DNA of 64,000 bases from Bordetella parapertussis (GTDB lineage: Bacteria > Pseudomonadota > Gammaproteobacteria > Burkholderiales > SG8-41). This document shows positions 1 through 10,886 of the stretch, one piece after another. The position numbers and the translations under genes were made by a program. Where the stretch lies: assembly GCA_945906935.1 (NCBI GenBank), contig CAMDSO010000001.1:67596-131595 (forward strand), in the 5' to 3' direction. Under the pieces are notes generated by a model. The model was given only the letters and a program-made list of their open reading frames with translations, made no database searches and was not told the origin of the DNA. Within the stretch, counting starts at the first letter, position 1, and each line of letters begins with the position of its first letter.

Positions 1-1195
<1,195 letters not shown>

Positions 1196-1314
1196 CCGTG
1201 CGCGTCTGCCAGGACCCCCAACGTATTGCCGTCAAACTACTGGAATTATGGGATAATTGCAAGCCGCGAGCACCCGTTTTTCCATCCTTTCATTGCCCAA
1301 TTTCGTCAGCCTTC

Positions 1315-1992
1315 ATGACTACACGAACCGATATTGAACAGGCCCGCTTCAACATGGTCGAGCAGCAGATCCGGCCTTGGGATGTGCTCGATACGCAGAT
1401 ACTTGATCTGCTCTTCGAGGTGCGCCGTGAGGAATTCGTGCTGCCGCAGCACCGTGGCCTGGCGTTTTTTGACATGGAAATTCCCCTGGTCGCCGGCGCC
1501 GCTGCAGATGAACAAATGCTGTCGCCGAAACTCGAGGCGCGCATGCTGCAGGAATTGACCGTCAAACCGACTGATCGCGTCCTCGAAATCGGCACTGGCA
1601 GCGGTTATATGACCGCTTTGCTGGCGCGCCGCGCCGCGCATGTGACGAGTATTGAGCTCAACCCTGCGTTTAGCGCAGAAGCCGCCGAACGACTCGCCGC
1701 GCACGATATTCGCAACGTCGCGCTTGAGGTTGGCGACGGTGCGCGTGGCTGGAGCCGCAACGCCCCCTATGACGTGATCGTATTGACGGGCTCGACACCG
1801 GTGCTCGACGAGAAATTTGAGGCCAGCCTGACTGCCGGCGGGCGCCTGCTCGCCATTGTTGGCGAAGAACCCGTCATGACGGCCTATCTGATCACCTGTG
1901 AAACGCCGGGTGTTTGCCATTCGACCGGCCTGTTCGAAACCTGCGTGCCGGCCTTGCGCAATGCACCCCAACCAGGGCGGTTCGTATTTTGA
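1315..1992 (+). CDS. Protein-L-isoaspartate O-methyltransferase family protein (pcm-like, TolC-linked)
   Basis: ATG at 1315 lies inside ORF 982..1992. It has the SAM-binding motif VLEIGTGSGYMTALLA. Length is 225 aa. It sits in the pcm-like/rhodanese/tolC arrangement. Confidence 0.8.
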   Translation: MTTRTDIEQARFNMVEQQIRPWDVLDTQILDLLFEVRREEFVLPQHRGLAFFDMEIPLVAGAAADEQMLSPKLEARMLQELTVKPTDRVLEIGTGSGYMTALLARRAAHVTSIELNPAFSAEAAERLAAHDIRNVALEVGDGARGWSRNAPYDVIVLTGSTPVLDEKFEASLTAGGRLLAIVGEEPVMTAYLITCETPGVCHSTGLFETCVPALRNAPQPGRFVF

Positions 1993-2315
1993 TCCAGCAG
2001 TTGCAGGCGACTGAACTACAAGAATGGCTGGCCGACACAACGCGCGAACAGCCGTTGGTGCTCGACGTGCGCGAGCCTTGGGAACACGAGATTTGCAACA
2101 TCGCCGGATCGCGCCTGTTACCGATGCAGGAGATCCCGGCGCGGGTGCAAGAACTACCGGTCGACACCGCTATCGTGGTGCTGTGTCATCACGGTATGCG
2201 CAGCCTGCAGGTTGCGCAGTTTCTCAAACAATCAGGGCTGGAACGCGTCTCCAATCTGAGCGGCGGTATTGCAGCGTGGGCGGCGCAGGTCGACCCCGAT
2301 ATGCCGCAGTATTAG
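1989..2315 (+). CDS. Rhodanese-domain sulfurtransferase (single domain)
   Basis: It is part of ORF 1914..2315. The active-site loop CHHGMRS (Cys-X5-Arg type) is followed by GGIAAW. The start is uncertain; I propose TTG at 1989, overlapping the upstream stop. Confidence 0.7.
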   Translation: MIQQLQATELQEWLADTTREQPLVLDVREPWEHEICNIAGSRLLPMQEIPARVQELPVDTAIVVLCHHGMRSLQVAQFLKQSGLERVSNLSGGIAAWAAQVDPDMPQY

Positions 2316-2319
2316 CCCC

Positions 2320-3654
2320 ATGCGCCCACTTCCAGTGCTGCGGATACTGGTCATTTTTCTCATCGGCGCGGCAACCGCCGATGCGACCGCCGCCGACTTG
2401 CTGTCTATCTATCGCGAAGCGCAAAAAGAAGACCCCGTCTTCGCCGCCGCACGCGCAAGCCTATCGGCCGGGCAGGAAAAACTACCGCAAGGTTTGTCGG
2501 GCCTGCTGCCGGCAGTGACGCTTTCGGGCAACACGCTCTACAACGACCGCGATCTGCAATTCCGCAACGGCGCGCCGGCCACCAATTCACGCTTCAACTC
2601 CAATGCGTTGAATGTCACCGCCACCCAACCGCTGTTTCGCCCGCAAAACTGGATCATCTACGAGCAGGCCAAAAACCAGCTGAGCCAGGCCGAAGCTTCT
2701 TTTGTGCAAGCCGGCCAGGAATTGATGATCCGCGTCGCCCAAGCCTACTTCGACGTGCTGCTCGCAGAAAATAACGTCGCGCTCGCGGCGGCGCAAAAAA
2801 CTGCTTATGCCGAACAGCTAGCGCAGGCCAAACGCAATTTCGAAGTCGGCACCGCCACCATCACCGACGCCAACGACGCACAGGCGCGCCACGATCTGGC
2901 GATAGCGCAGGAAATCGGCGCACAGAATGATCTGGAAGTAAAAAAACAGGCTTTGCGGCAGATTGTCGGCAGCATGCCGCCGCCGCTGGCGCGTATCAGC
3001 CGCGGCTTCAGCGCACAGCCGCCCATGCCGAACAACATGGAGGCGTGGGTAGCACAATCCGCCAGCGCCAGCCCGCAACTCAAAGTGGCGCAAATGACCT
3101 ATGAAGTGGCCGCCCAGGAAGTCGCAAAAAATCGCGGCGGCCACCTGCCCACACTCGATGCAGTGGCCAGCTACGCCGACACCAGTCAGGGCGCGGGCCT
3201 GCAGGGCGGCATCGGTTTTGACGGCACCACACGCTATATCGGCTTGCAACTCGCTGTACCGCTGTATCAGGGTGGGCTGGTCAATGCCAAGGTGCGCGAA
3301 GCCGCTGCAAATCAGGAAAAAGCGCGTCAGGATCTCGAAAATACACGCCGCACGGTGGCACAAAACACGCGCGCCGCCTTCCTCGGCGTGAGCAGCGGCG
3401 TCGCGCAAATCAATGCCCTGGAAGCGGCGTTGCGGTCATCGCAAAGCGCGCTCGATTCAACCAAACTGGGGCAGGAAGTCGGCGTCAGAACCCAGGTCGA
3501 TGTGCTCAACGCACAACAACAGCTGATATCGACGCGCCGCGATTACGCACAAGCCATCTACAACTACGCCATCAACGGGTTGAAACTCAAAGCCGCTGCC
3601 GGCACGCTCGCCGAAACCGACCTCGCCTACGTCAACCAGTGGCTGGACAACTAG
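2320..3654 (+). CDS. tolC: TolC-family outer membrane efflux/type I secretion channel
   Basis: Start chosen at MRPLPVLRILVIFLIGAATADA (signal peptide), followed by DLLSIYREAQKEDPVFAAARA. The protein has a two-repeat coiled/beta architecture and is ~444 aa. Confidence 0.88.
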   Translation: MRPLPVLRILVIFLIGAATADATAADLLSIYREAQKEDPVFAAARASLSAGQEKLPQGLSGLLPAVTLSGNTLYNDRDLQFRNGAPATNSRFNSNALNVTATQPLFRPQNWIIYEQAKNQLSQAEASFVQAGQELMIRVAQAYFDVLLAENNVALAAAQKTAYAEQLAQAKRNFEVGTATITDANDAQARHDLAIAQEIGAQNDLEVKKQALRQIVGSMPPPLARISRGFSAQPPMPNNMEAWVAQSASASPQLKVAQMTYEVAAQEVAKNRGGHLPTLDAVASYADTSQGAGLQGGIGFDGTTRYIGLQLAVPLYQGGLVNAKVREAAANQEKARQDLENTRRTVAQNTRAAFLGVSSGVAQINALEAALRSSQSALDSTKLGQEVGVRTQVDVLNAQQQLISTRRDYAQAIYNYAINGLKLKAAAGTLAETDLAYVNQWLDN

Positions 3655-4235
3655 GCCCCGTCGCAGCCGCGAAGACCGCGCTACGCCGCGAAATACTGGC
3701 GGCACGCGACGCGCTGCCGGCCACCGCACGAATCGCCGCCAGCAGCCACATCACGCAACAGATCGTCGCACTCGACGCCTGGAAAAATGCGCGCGTGGTC
3801 CTCGCCTACCTCAGCTTTGGCAGCGAATTCATCACCGATGAATTGATCCAACAGGCTGCGGCCGACGGCAAACAACTCGCCCTGCCGCGTGTCGATCGTG
3901 CCACCCGCAGGCTCGCCATCCACGCGGTGGCCGATACGGTCAACGACGTGCAGGCCGGCGTCTGGGGCATCCGCGAACCGCGCGCAGAGCAACCGCTGGT
4001 CGCGCTTGAAACCATTGATTTCGTATTGCTACCGGGCGTCGGCTTCACGCCGCGCGGCGCGCGCCTCGGTTATGGCGGCGGCTTTTACGACCGCCTGCTC
4101 GAGCACTTTGCCCAGCGTCCGCCGCTGGTCGCCGCGGCCTATGCGGTGCAGATTCGTGCCCAACTGCCGCTGGATAAACATGATCGTGGCGTTGATCTAG
4201 TCGTCACGGAAGAGACGGCGTATTGCTGCTGCTAA
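3639..4235 (+). CDS. 5-formyltetrahydrofolate cyclo-ligase
   Basis: It carries LRREILAARDAL, then REPR, then the GYGGGFYDR motif typical of MTHFS/YgfA. It overlaps the tolC 3' end by 16 nt. Confidence 0.85.
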   Translation: MAGQLGPVAAAKTALRREILAARDALPATARIAASSHITQQIVALDAWKNARVVLAYLSFGSEFITDELIQQAAADGKQLALPRVDRATRRLAIHAVADTVNDVQAGVWGIREPRAEQPLVALETIDFVLLPGVGFTPRGARLGYGGGFYDRLLEHFAQRPPLVAAAYAVQIRAQLPLDKHDRGVDLVVTEETAYCCC

Positions 4236-4355
4236 ATGACGGCGGCGGCCTCTGGTTTGCGCCGACGATCGAATGATCCGCAGACGGTGATCACGTAAAT
4301 TAACTGTGCCGCAGTTCGGTACGGTTTTGAAGCCGATCCGCAATGCTGCGGGGTG

Positions 4356-5603
4356 TCAACCGGGAACCTTGATCAAATCGAGTATCCGCTGCGTTGAGCC
4401 TGCATGCAGACGCACAAAGGCGCGGCCACTTTCCGCCATACGCTCAAACCGCGGCCGGTCGGCCAGCAATTGCCGCGCAGCAGCCAGCGCAGACGCTGCG
4501 CTATCGACCTGAATCGCCGCACCGGCGGCCACCGCAAATCGCACGGCCTCGGCAAAGTTGTAATCATGCGGTCCCACCACCACTGGCTTGCCCAGCGCGC
4601 AGGCCTCGATCAAGTTGTGCGCGCCATACGGCAGGAAACTGCCGCAGATGATGGCGATATCACAAGCGGCAAAATAGGCGGCCATCTCGCCCATGCTGTC
4701 ACCGAGCAAAACCCGGGTGCCGCTAGCCACAGGCTCTTCGCCACTGCGGCGCTGAAACGCAATCGCGTGCTGCGCGAGCAATGCCGCCACCGCATCGAAA
4801 CGCTGCGGGTGGCGCGGCACCATCAATATCAGCGGCGCGGCGCCATCGTTCGGCGGCAGTGCCTGCAGAAATAATTCCTCCTCGCCCTCGCGCGTACTCG
4901 CCAACAGCAGGACGGGGCGCGGCCCGTATTGCCTGCGCCACAGCGTGCCACGCGTAATCATGGTGGCGTCGGCTGACTGGTCAAATTTCAGATTACCGGT
5001 GATGTGTACGCCGCGCGCACCCAGCGCCTCCAGACGCGTTGCGTCATCGCGGCTTTGCGCCGCCACCGCCGTAAGCCCGCGCAATGCGGCGGCGGCGAGC
5101 GTGCCAAAACGACGGTAACGCCGGAGCGACTTGTCAGATAACCGCGCATTGACCAGATAAATAGGAATTGCGCACACGTTGCAAGCGCGGATCAAATTCG
5201 GCCAGATTTCCGTTTCCAGCAAAATTCCGCAGACCGGTTTGAAGTGCCGCAAAAACGCCGCTACGCCCGACGGAAAATCATAGGGCAGATAGCAACGCTC
5301 GACGCTCTCACCAAACAAACTGACACCGGTTTCGCGGCCAGTTGGCGTCATGTGCGTAAGCAGGATGCGATGCGCCGGATATTTGCGTTGCAGCGCCGCG
5401 ATCAAGGGTGCGGCCGCGCGCGTTTCACCCACCGACACGGCATGCACCCAGATCACCGGCGCATCGATAGAAAAATCGTAACGACCGAAGCGCTCCCTAA
5501 TATGCTGACGGTATGCCGGCTGGCGGCGCGCGCGCCAGTACAAATGCAGCAATGCCTGCGGCAACAACAACCACAGCAAAATACTGTAGGCCAAGCGCGC
5601 CAT
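4356..5603 (-). CDS. waaA: 3-deoxy-D-manno-octulosonic acid (Kdo) transferase
   Basis: Start chosen at MARLAYSILLWLLLP, the internal Met of ORF 4356..5888. It has the HAVSVGE motif and is 415 aa. Its ATG overlaps the waaC stop in TAATG. Confidence 0.92.
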   Translation of the reverse strand: MARLAYSILLWLLLPQALLHLYWRARRQPAYRQHIRERFGRYDFSIDAPVIWVHAVSVGETRAAAPLIAALQRKYPAHRILLTHMTPTGRETGVSLFGESVERCYLPYDFPSGVAAFLRHFKPVCGILLETEIWPNLIRACNVCAIPIYLVNARLSDKSLRRYRRFGTLAAAALRGLTAVAAQSRDDATRLEALGARGVHITGNLKFDQSADATMITRGTLWRRQYGPRPVLLLASTREGEEELFLQALPPNDGAAPLILMVPRHPQRFDAVAALLAQHAIAFQRRSGEEPVASGTRVLLGDSMGEMAAYFAACDIAIICGSFLPYGAHNLIEACALGKPVVVGPHDYNFAEAVRFAVAAGAAIQVDSAASALAAARQLLADRPRFERMAESGRAFVRLHAGSTQRILDLIKVPG

Positions 5604-6559
5604 TATGGGCAGACCTTCTCGAGTGCCATCAACACTTCCGCCACGGAGGGGACGCTGCCATTCGCCCCGACATTGCAGGCACGCACACCGCCGTAGAGGC
5701 CGGTAGCAGCCGGATCGGTACCCAGATAAATACCGACGGTCGGCACACCGAGTGCTGCCGCCAAATGGCTCAAGCCGGTATCCACCCCGATCACCGCTTG
5801 CGCGCCGGCAAACAAACCAGCAAGCGCACCAAAGTCGAGAGCCGGCGCTATCGTCGCCTCGCGCATGCGTGCCGCCAAGCGCATGCAACGCGCGTGCTCG
5901 CGCTCATTACCCCAGGTCAATATAGAAGCAATGTCCCGCTCATGCAGCGCAGCCGCCAGCGCCACCCAATGATCTTCCGGCCACAACTTGTAGTTCCCAC
6001 TGGTGGCGTGCAACAGAACCGCGTAGCGTGGATGGGCCAGCCAGTCAAAAGCACGCGGCGTGGCACTAATGCCGTACGCGCACGACCCCTGGAGCGTGTA
6101 GCCCAGGGCACTTGCTACGAGTAACCGATTACGTTCGACAGCATGCAAATGCCAACCGACACGGCAGCGATTTTGGTAAAAAAAACCAACCGGCTCACGC
6201 GCACTCTTGAAATCAAGCCCGTAGCGTGTGCCACGCGCGAAGAGCGCCAGTGCCGCGCTCTTAAACAAGCCTTGGGCATCGATCACTGCGTCATATGATT
6301 GCTCACGTAACCGTGCAACAAACCCGGCGATTTCGCGCCGCATAGCGGTGTGCCAGAAACTGCGCCGCCAGCGCCGAAACGCAACCGGGATCACCGCACT
6401 AACGCCTGCATGCAGTTGCGGTATCGCACTCAGCGATTCCTCGACCAGCCAGTCGATCTGCACTGCGGGCATGGCAGCGCGCATATCGCTGACGGCCGGC
6501 AACGCATGGATGACGTCGCCGAGCGACGAGGTCTTCACGAGCAAAACACGAGTAGCCAT
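5603..6559 (-). CDS. waaC: Lipopolysaccharide heptosyltransferase I (GT9)
   Basis: It begins MATRVLLVKTSSLGDVIHALPAV and contains DTGLSHLAAALGVP, both GT9 hallmarks. It is translationally coupled to waaA. Confidence 0.9.
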   Translation of the reverse strand: MATRVLLVKTSSLGDVIHALPAVSDMRAAMPAVQIDWLVEESLSAIPQLHAGVSAVIPVAFRRWRRSFWHTAMRREIAGFVARLREQSYDAVIDAQGLFKSAALALFARGTRYGLDFKSAREPVGFFYQNRCRVGWHLHAVERNRLLVASALGYTLQGSCAYGISATPRAFDWLAHPRYAVLLHATSGNYKLWPEDHWVALAAALHERDIASILTWGNEREHARCMRLAARMREATIAPALDFGALAGLFAGAQAVIGVDTGLSHLAAALGVPTVGIYLGTDPAATGLYGGVRACNVGANGSVPSVAEVLMALEKVCP

Positions 6560-6691
6560 CGAGGATGCCGCGGGGGCGGTTTATAACGCGCGTAGCCTAC
6601 ACGACATTGCCGTGTCCGCATAGAATATCGGTTAACTTGCCGTGCGCAACATTCTGCGCGCGGATCTTTCTTTTCCCAGGAGTGGATTGCT

Positions 6692-7747
6692 TTGATTTTA
6701 GTTACCGGAGGCGCCGGCTTCATTGGCTCGAACTTCATACTTGACTGGCTGGCGAACGAAACCGCGCCGGTGCTTAATCTCGACAAACTGACCTATGCCG
6801 GCAATCCCGGCAATCTGACCGCAGTCGAAAAAGATGCGCGCTACCGCTTCGTGCATGGCGACATCAACGACCGTGCGCTAGTCGAACAGCTGCTGCGTGA
6901 ACACCGCCCCAGCGCGATCGTGCATTTCGCCGCCGAAAGTCATGTCGATCGCTCGATTCACGGGCCCGGCGAATTCGTGCAAACCAATGTGGTTGGCACC
7001 TTCAATCTGCTCGAAGCAACGCGCGCCTGGCTGGGCGCCGTCAGCGCCGAAGAAAAATCGCGCTTTCGTTTTTTGCATGTTTCAACCGACGAGGTGTACG
7101 GTTCGCTGTCGGCGGACAGCGCGCCGGCCACCGAGATTTTTCCTTATGTGCCGAGCAGCCCGTATTCGGCGTCCAAAGCGGCGTCTGATCATCTGGTGCG
7201 CGCCTACTGCTGCACCTATCAGTTTCCCAGTCTCATCACCAACTGCTCGAACAATTACGGGCCGCGCCAGTTTCCTGAAAAGTTGATCCCGCTCATCACC
7301 TTAAATGCCTTGAACATGAAAGCGCTGCCGATTTACGGCGACGGCCTGAATATTCGCGACTGGCTCTACGTCGGCGATCATTGTTCGGCCTTGCGTGCCG
7401 TTCTCGCGCGCGGACGCATCGGTGAAACCTACAACGTCGGCGGCAACAGCGAAAAGACCAACCTCGAGGTGGTGAAAACCCTGTGCAATATCGTCGATGA
7501 ACTGCGCCCGGCGGCAACTCCACGAGCCTCCTTGCTGAACTTCGTCAAGGATCGGCCCGGACACGACCGGCGTTATGCCCTAGACGCCGGCAAACTCGCG
7601 CGCGAACTCGACTGGCAGCCGCAGGAAAAATTCGAAAGCGGCATGCGCAAAACGGTGAGCTGGTATCTCGACAATCCGCACTGGGTGGAGGAAGTCGTCA
7701 GCGGTGGATACCGCAACTGGCTGGACACCAACTACGCCGCACGCTGA
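6692..7747 (+). CDS. rfbB: dTDP-glucose 4,6-dehydratase
   Basis: TTG start with AGGAG 9 nt upstream. Motifs include [24 protein letters not shown] (YxxxK) and [14 protein letters not shown]. Confidence 0.95.
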   Translation: MILVTGGAGFIGSNFILDWLANETAPVLNLDKLTYAGNPGNLTAVEKDARYRFVHGDINDRALVEQLLREHRPSAIVHFAAESHVDRSIHGPGEFVQTNVVGTFNLLEATRAWLGAVSAEEKSRFRFLHVSTDEVYGSLSADSAPATEIFPYVPSSPYSASKAASDHLVRAYCCTYQFPSLITNCSNNYGPRQFPEKLIPLITLNALNMKALPIYGDGLNIRDWLYVGDHCSALRAVLARGRIGETYNVGGNSEKTNLEVVKTLCNIVDELRPAATPRASLLNFVKDRPGHDRRYALDAGKLARELDWQPQEKFESGMRKTVSWYLDNPHWVEEVVSGGYRNWLDTNYAAR

Positions 7748-8001
7748 GCGCCGACGCTGGAAATACCCGTAAACCCGGCGGCACTTTGGCAGTGCGACGC
7801 GCCTGCCGTAACACGCCTTATGCAGCCAGCTGCTTGACGCGATTTCTCACCATATCGCCCATAGCGCCTTGTAAAATAGTGGCCGCATTCGGCAAGGCCA
7901 GCACCTTGCAGCATTTCGGGCCGAAGCGGTAACGGGACAGGCATCGAGATAAGGCCATTGCGCAGCTAGTCCAATCATCAAACAACAATGGAATCACGCC
8001 C

Positions 8002-8868
8002 ATGAAAGGCATCATCCTCGCCGGCGGCAGCGGTACACGGTTGTATCCGATCACCCAGGCGGTGTCGAAGCAACTATTGCCGGTCTACGACAAGCCGATG
8101 ATTTATTACCCGCTGACCACCCTGATGATGGCGGGCATTCGTGATGTACTGATTATTTCCACCCCGCATGACCTGCCGCGCTTCGAACAATTACTCGGCG
8201 ACGGCGCGCAATGGGGCATTAATCTCGCCTACGCCGTGCAGGATGCGCCGCGCGGGCTGCCAGAAGCCTTCATCATCGGCGCACCGTTCATCGGCAACGA
8301 CCAATGCGCGCTGATGCTGGGTGACAATCTGTTCTTTGGTTATGAATTACCGCAGGATCTGCGTCAGGCGTCGGAAAACAAGACCGGCGCAACGGTGTTT
8401 GCCTATCAAGTCACCGACCCGGAACGGTACGGCGTGATCGAGTTCGATGCCCAGGGTCGCGCCATCAGCCTCGAAGAAAAACCGGCGCAGCCGAAATCGA
8501 AATTTGCCATACCCGGCCTGTATTTTTGCGATAACGAAGTGGTGGCCATCGCAAAGTCGCTAAAACCCTCGCCCCGTGGCGAACTCGAAATCGTCGATCT
8601 CCTGCTGCAGTATCTGGCAGCGGGCAAGCTGCAAGTCCAGATGATGGGACGCGGCCGTGCCTGGCTGGACACCGGCACGCCGGATTCGCTGCTGGAAGCC
8701 TCGCACTTCATCCAGACCATCGAAAAACGACAGGGCCTGAAAGTGGCGTGCCCGGAAGAAATTGCCTTTCGCATGGGCTATATCTCCGCAACGCAACTGC
8801 TCGCGCTGGCGCAACCGCTGACCAAGACCGCCTATGGTAAATACCTGCTGGATGTCGCTGCTGAATGA
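8002..8868 (+). CDS. rfbA: Glucose-1-phosphate thymidylyltransferase
   Basis: It begins [38 protein letters not shown] and is 288 aa. Confidence 0.95.
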   Translation: MKGIILAGGSGTRLYPITQAVSKQLLPVYDKPMIYYPLTTLMMAGIRDVLIISTPHDLPRFEQLLGDGAQWGINLAYAVQDAPRGLPEAFIIGAPFIGNDQCALMLGDNLFFGYELPQDLRQASENKTGATVFAYQVTDPERYGVIEFDAQGRAISLEEKPAQPKSKFAIPGLYFCDNEVVAIAKSLKPSPRGELEIVDLLLQYLAAGKLQVQMMGRGRAWLDTGTPDSLLEASHFIQTIEKRQGLKVACPEEIAFRMGYISATQLLALAQPLTKTAYGKYLLDVAAE

Positions 8869-8932
8869 GCGCGTTAACAGCTTCGGCCTGCGCGCGATTG
8901 CGTATCTCCACTCAGCGCGCGGCCTCTAAGCA

Positions 8933-9457
8933 ATGAGCGACGCCTCGCGTGCCGGCAAATGCTGGTATTTGATTTATGCCAAGCCGCGCCAGGAAAAAAC
9001 GGCGGTGAACAACCTGCTGCGACAGGCCTACGAAGTCTATTTCCCGCAAATCCAGGTCACACGCAACCGTAACAGTGTGCGCAAAGTGACTATCGAGCCG
9101 CTGTTCCCGCGCTATTTGTTCATCCGGCTCGATGCGCATACCGATAATTGGGCGCCGATCCGTTCAACCATGGGCGTCACCGCCTTGGTGCGTTTTGGCG
9201 CCGAACCGGCCCGTGTGCCGGACGCCTTCGTTGATTACCTGACGTCTCGTCAGAATGCCGAGGGCCTGCACGAGTGGGCGCAGCCCGCGTTGCAAATTGG
9301 CGCGCGCGCGCGCGTGGTCAGCGGACCGCTAGCGGGGTATGAAGGTATTTTGGTGGCCAAAAGCAGCCGCGAACGGGTCATCCTGCTGATGGACATGGTC
9401 GGCACCCAGGTTCGCACACAGCTAAGCCCCGACCAAATCGAACCCGTAGCTCACTGA
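8933..9457 (+). CDS. rfaH: RfaH-type NusG paralog (operon-specific transcription antiterminator)
   Basis: The NGN-like N-terminus reads WYLIYAKPRQEKTAVNNL...FPRYLFI. The C-terminal KOW-like segment reads VVSGPLAGYEGILVAKSSRERVILL. It is 174 aa and an ops-like element lies 750 nt downstream. Confidence 0.8.
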   Translation: MSDASRAGKCWYLIYAKPRQEKTAVNNLLRQAYEVYFPQIQVTRNRNSVRKVTIEPLFPRYLFIRLDAHTDNWAPIRSTMGVTALVRFGAEPARVPDAFVDYLTSRQNAEGLHEWAQPALQIGARARVVSGPLAGYEGILVAKSSRERVILLMDMVGTQVRTQLSPDQIEPVAH

Positions 9458-9482
9458 TTTTCTTGAAACACGTCCCTTAGTC

Positions 9483-9510
9483 TTGATCTATTGGGTTTTT
9501 CAGGTATAGT
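9483..9510 (+). promoter_or_regulatory. Putative sigma70 promoter (TTGATC, 16-nt spacer, TATAGT)
   Basis: Hexamers read directly from the sequence. The -10 ends 9 nt before the ATG at 9520, which implies a very short or absent leader. Confidence 0.3.
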
Positions 9511-9519
9511 GTTCATCAA

Positions 9520-10134
9520 ATGAACGCTATGCCCGACCCCGAAGAGAGCGTTACGCTGGAAATCCTTGATACCGTCCAGCGTAACGAACAGCTCAGCCAG
9601 AGACATCTGTCGCGCCAACTCGGCGTGGCGCTCGGGCTCGCTAACTCGTATCTGAAGCGTTGTGTGCGCAAAGGCTGGGTCAAGGTGCAGCAGGCGCCGG
9701 CCAACCGCTATTTGTATTACCTCACGCCGATGGGGTTTGCGGAGAAGAGCAGGCTGACGGCAGAGTATCTCAGCACCTCGCTGGGGTTTTATCGCGAAGC
9801 GGGCGACTCATGCGCACGGCTGCTTGATCAATGCGCGGCCAACCAGTGGCAGCGGATACTACTCTGCGGCGTTTCAGATCTTGCGGAAATTGCGACGTTG
9901 CGGGCGATGGAAAGCAATATCGCCATCGTTGGAATCTACGACCCAGCCAGTAACCGCCAGCAGTTTCTCGGCAAACCGGTTTGGCGTGAATTGCAGGAAA
10001 CCGATACGCACGACGTACGTATCTTGACTGAAATTGCGGCTCCACAAGAGCTATTAGCAGCCGTTACTTCAAGCGGGTCAACGGTTCCGATGCTTATACC
10101 CGATGTGCTGCGTCTGGAATCTGCGCAAAGTTAG
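9520..10134 (+). CDS. Winged-helix (MarR/EPS-regulator-like) transcriptional regulator with a C-terminal Rossmann-like domain
   Basis: The N-terminal wHTH reads LSQRHLSRQLGVALGLANSYLKRCVRKGWV. The C-terminal part, RILLCGVSDLAEIATLRAMESNIAIVGIYDP, resembles Rex and CoA-binding-type folds but has a degenerate glycine motif. Confidence 0.6.
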   Translation: MNAMPDPEESVTLEILDTVQRNEQLSQRHLSRQLGVALGLANSYLKRCVRKGWVKVQQAPANRYLYYLTPMGFAEKSRLTAEYLSTSLGFYREAGDSCARLLDQCAANQWQRILLCGVSDLAEIATLRAMESNIAIVGIYDPASNRQQFLGKPVWRELQETDTHDVRILTEIAAPQELLAAVTSSGSTVPMLIPDVLRLESAQS

Positions 10135-10202
10135 ACCGGCTTGCTCGCTAGAGTTTTGAACAAGCCACATTAGTAAAACCCATGCTGGATTTCCTCCGGT
10201 AG

Positions 10203-10214
10203 GGCGGTAGCATG
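10203..10214 (+). promoter_or_regulatory. ops (operon polarity suppressor)/JUMPStart-like element GGCGGTAGCATG
   Basis: It matches the enterobacterial ops consensus GGCGGTAGnnTG exactly. It is intergenic, on the coding strand, 34 nt upstream of the first gene of the O-polysaccharide operon. A partial repeat CCGGTAG sits immediately before it. The rfaH-like gene is adjacent. Confidence 0.7.
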
Positions 10215-10247
10215 TCAACGAAATGATTAACCATAGGAAAATCTAGG

Positions 10248-10886
10248 ATGCGTTTAGCAAAAAGAATGATCCGTGCGGCCATTAGGCGCACCCGAATGCT
10301 CTGGCAAAAGCGTAGCCCCCGCATGAACCCAGCGGACGCAAAACGACTTCACCTTGGGTGCGGAAATATCCGGCTAACCGGATTTTGCAACGTAGACATA
10401 CTCACCACATCCGCAGTCGACGTGGTGTCAGATATCTCCAAACTGGAGAACTTTTCTGACAATTCGATAGAACTTATCTATGCATGTCATGTTCTAGAGC
10501 ATTTTTCCCACGATGAAGCTGTCGATGTTCTACGGCGCTGGTTCGATGTATTAATGCCCGGCGGGCAACTACGTGTTTCAGTCCCAGACATTGATCGTAT
10601 CGTCAAGATTTACAGCGATAACTGGAAACATTTCCAAACGCCAGGGAATTCACCCTGGATCGGCCTGCTATATGGGGGGCAGGGCGATCCTTATGATTTT
10701 CACAAAACTGGTTTTAACTTTTGCTGGATGCAACATCTGCTCAAAAAAATAGGTTTCGAGGAAATAGAAGAGTACCCCCATGAACCACACTTCGTTGCCG
10801 GAGTGGCTGATGCCTCGCTCGCCAAAGAGCCTTTCGGGCGATATCTCTCACTGAACGTTATCGCCAAGAAGCCTGCACATGCCTAA
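10248..10886 (+). CDS. Class I SAM-dependent methyltransferase (Methyltransf_11-like)
   Basis: Motifs include LHLGCGN..., CHVLEHF and LMPGGQLRVSVPD. It is a paralog of the 16310..17038 product. Confidence 0.8.
   Translation: MRLAKRMIRAAIRRTRMLWQKRSPRMNPADAKRLHLGCGNIRLTGFCNVDILTTSAVDVVSDISKLENFSDNSIELIYACHVLEHFSHDEAVDVLRRWFDVLMPGGQLRVSVPDIDRIVKIYSDNWKHFQTPGNSPWIGLLYGGQGDPYDFHKTGFNFCWMQHLLKKIGFEEIEEYPHEPHFVAGVADASLAKEPFGRYLSLNVIAKKPAHA

Noticed and set aside
7748-8001. Search for a second ops/JUMPStart element or small gene between rmlB and rmlA
   Set aside because: I found only a weak resemblance (gaagcggtaacg). The ORFs here (7732..7944 and 7818..8054, minus strand) have no motifs and odd composition. 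The region is left as unexplained spacer; see the rmlB/rmlA finding.
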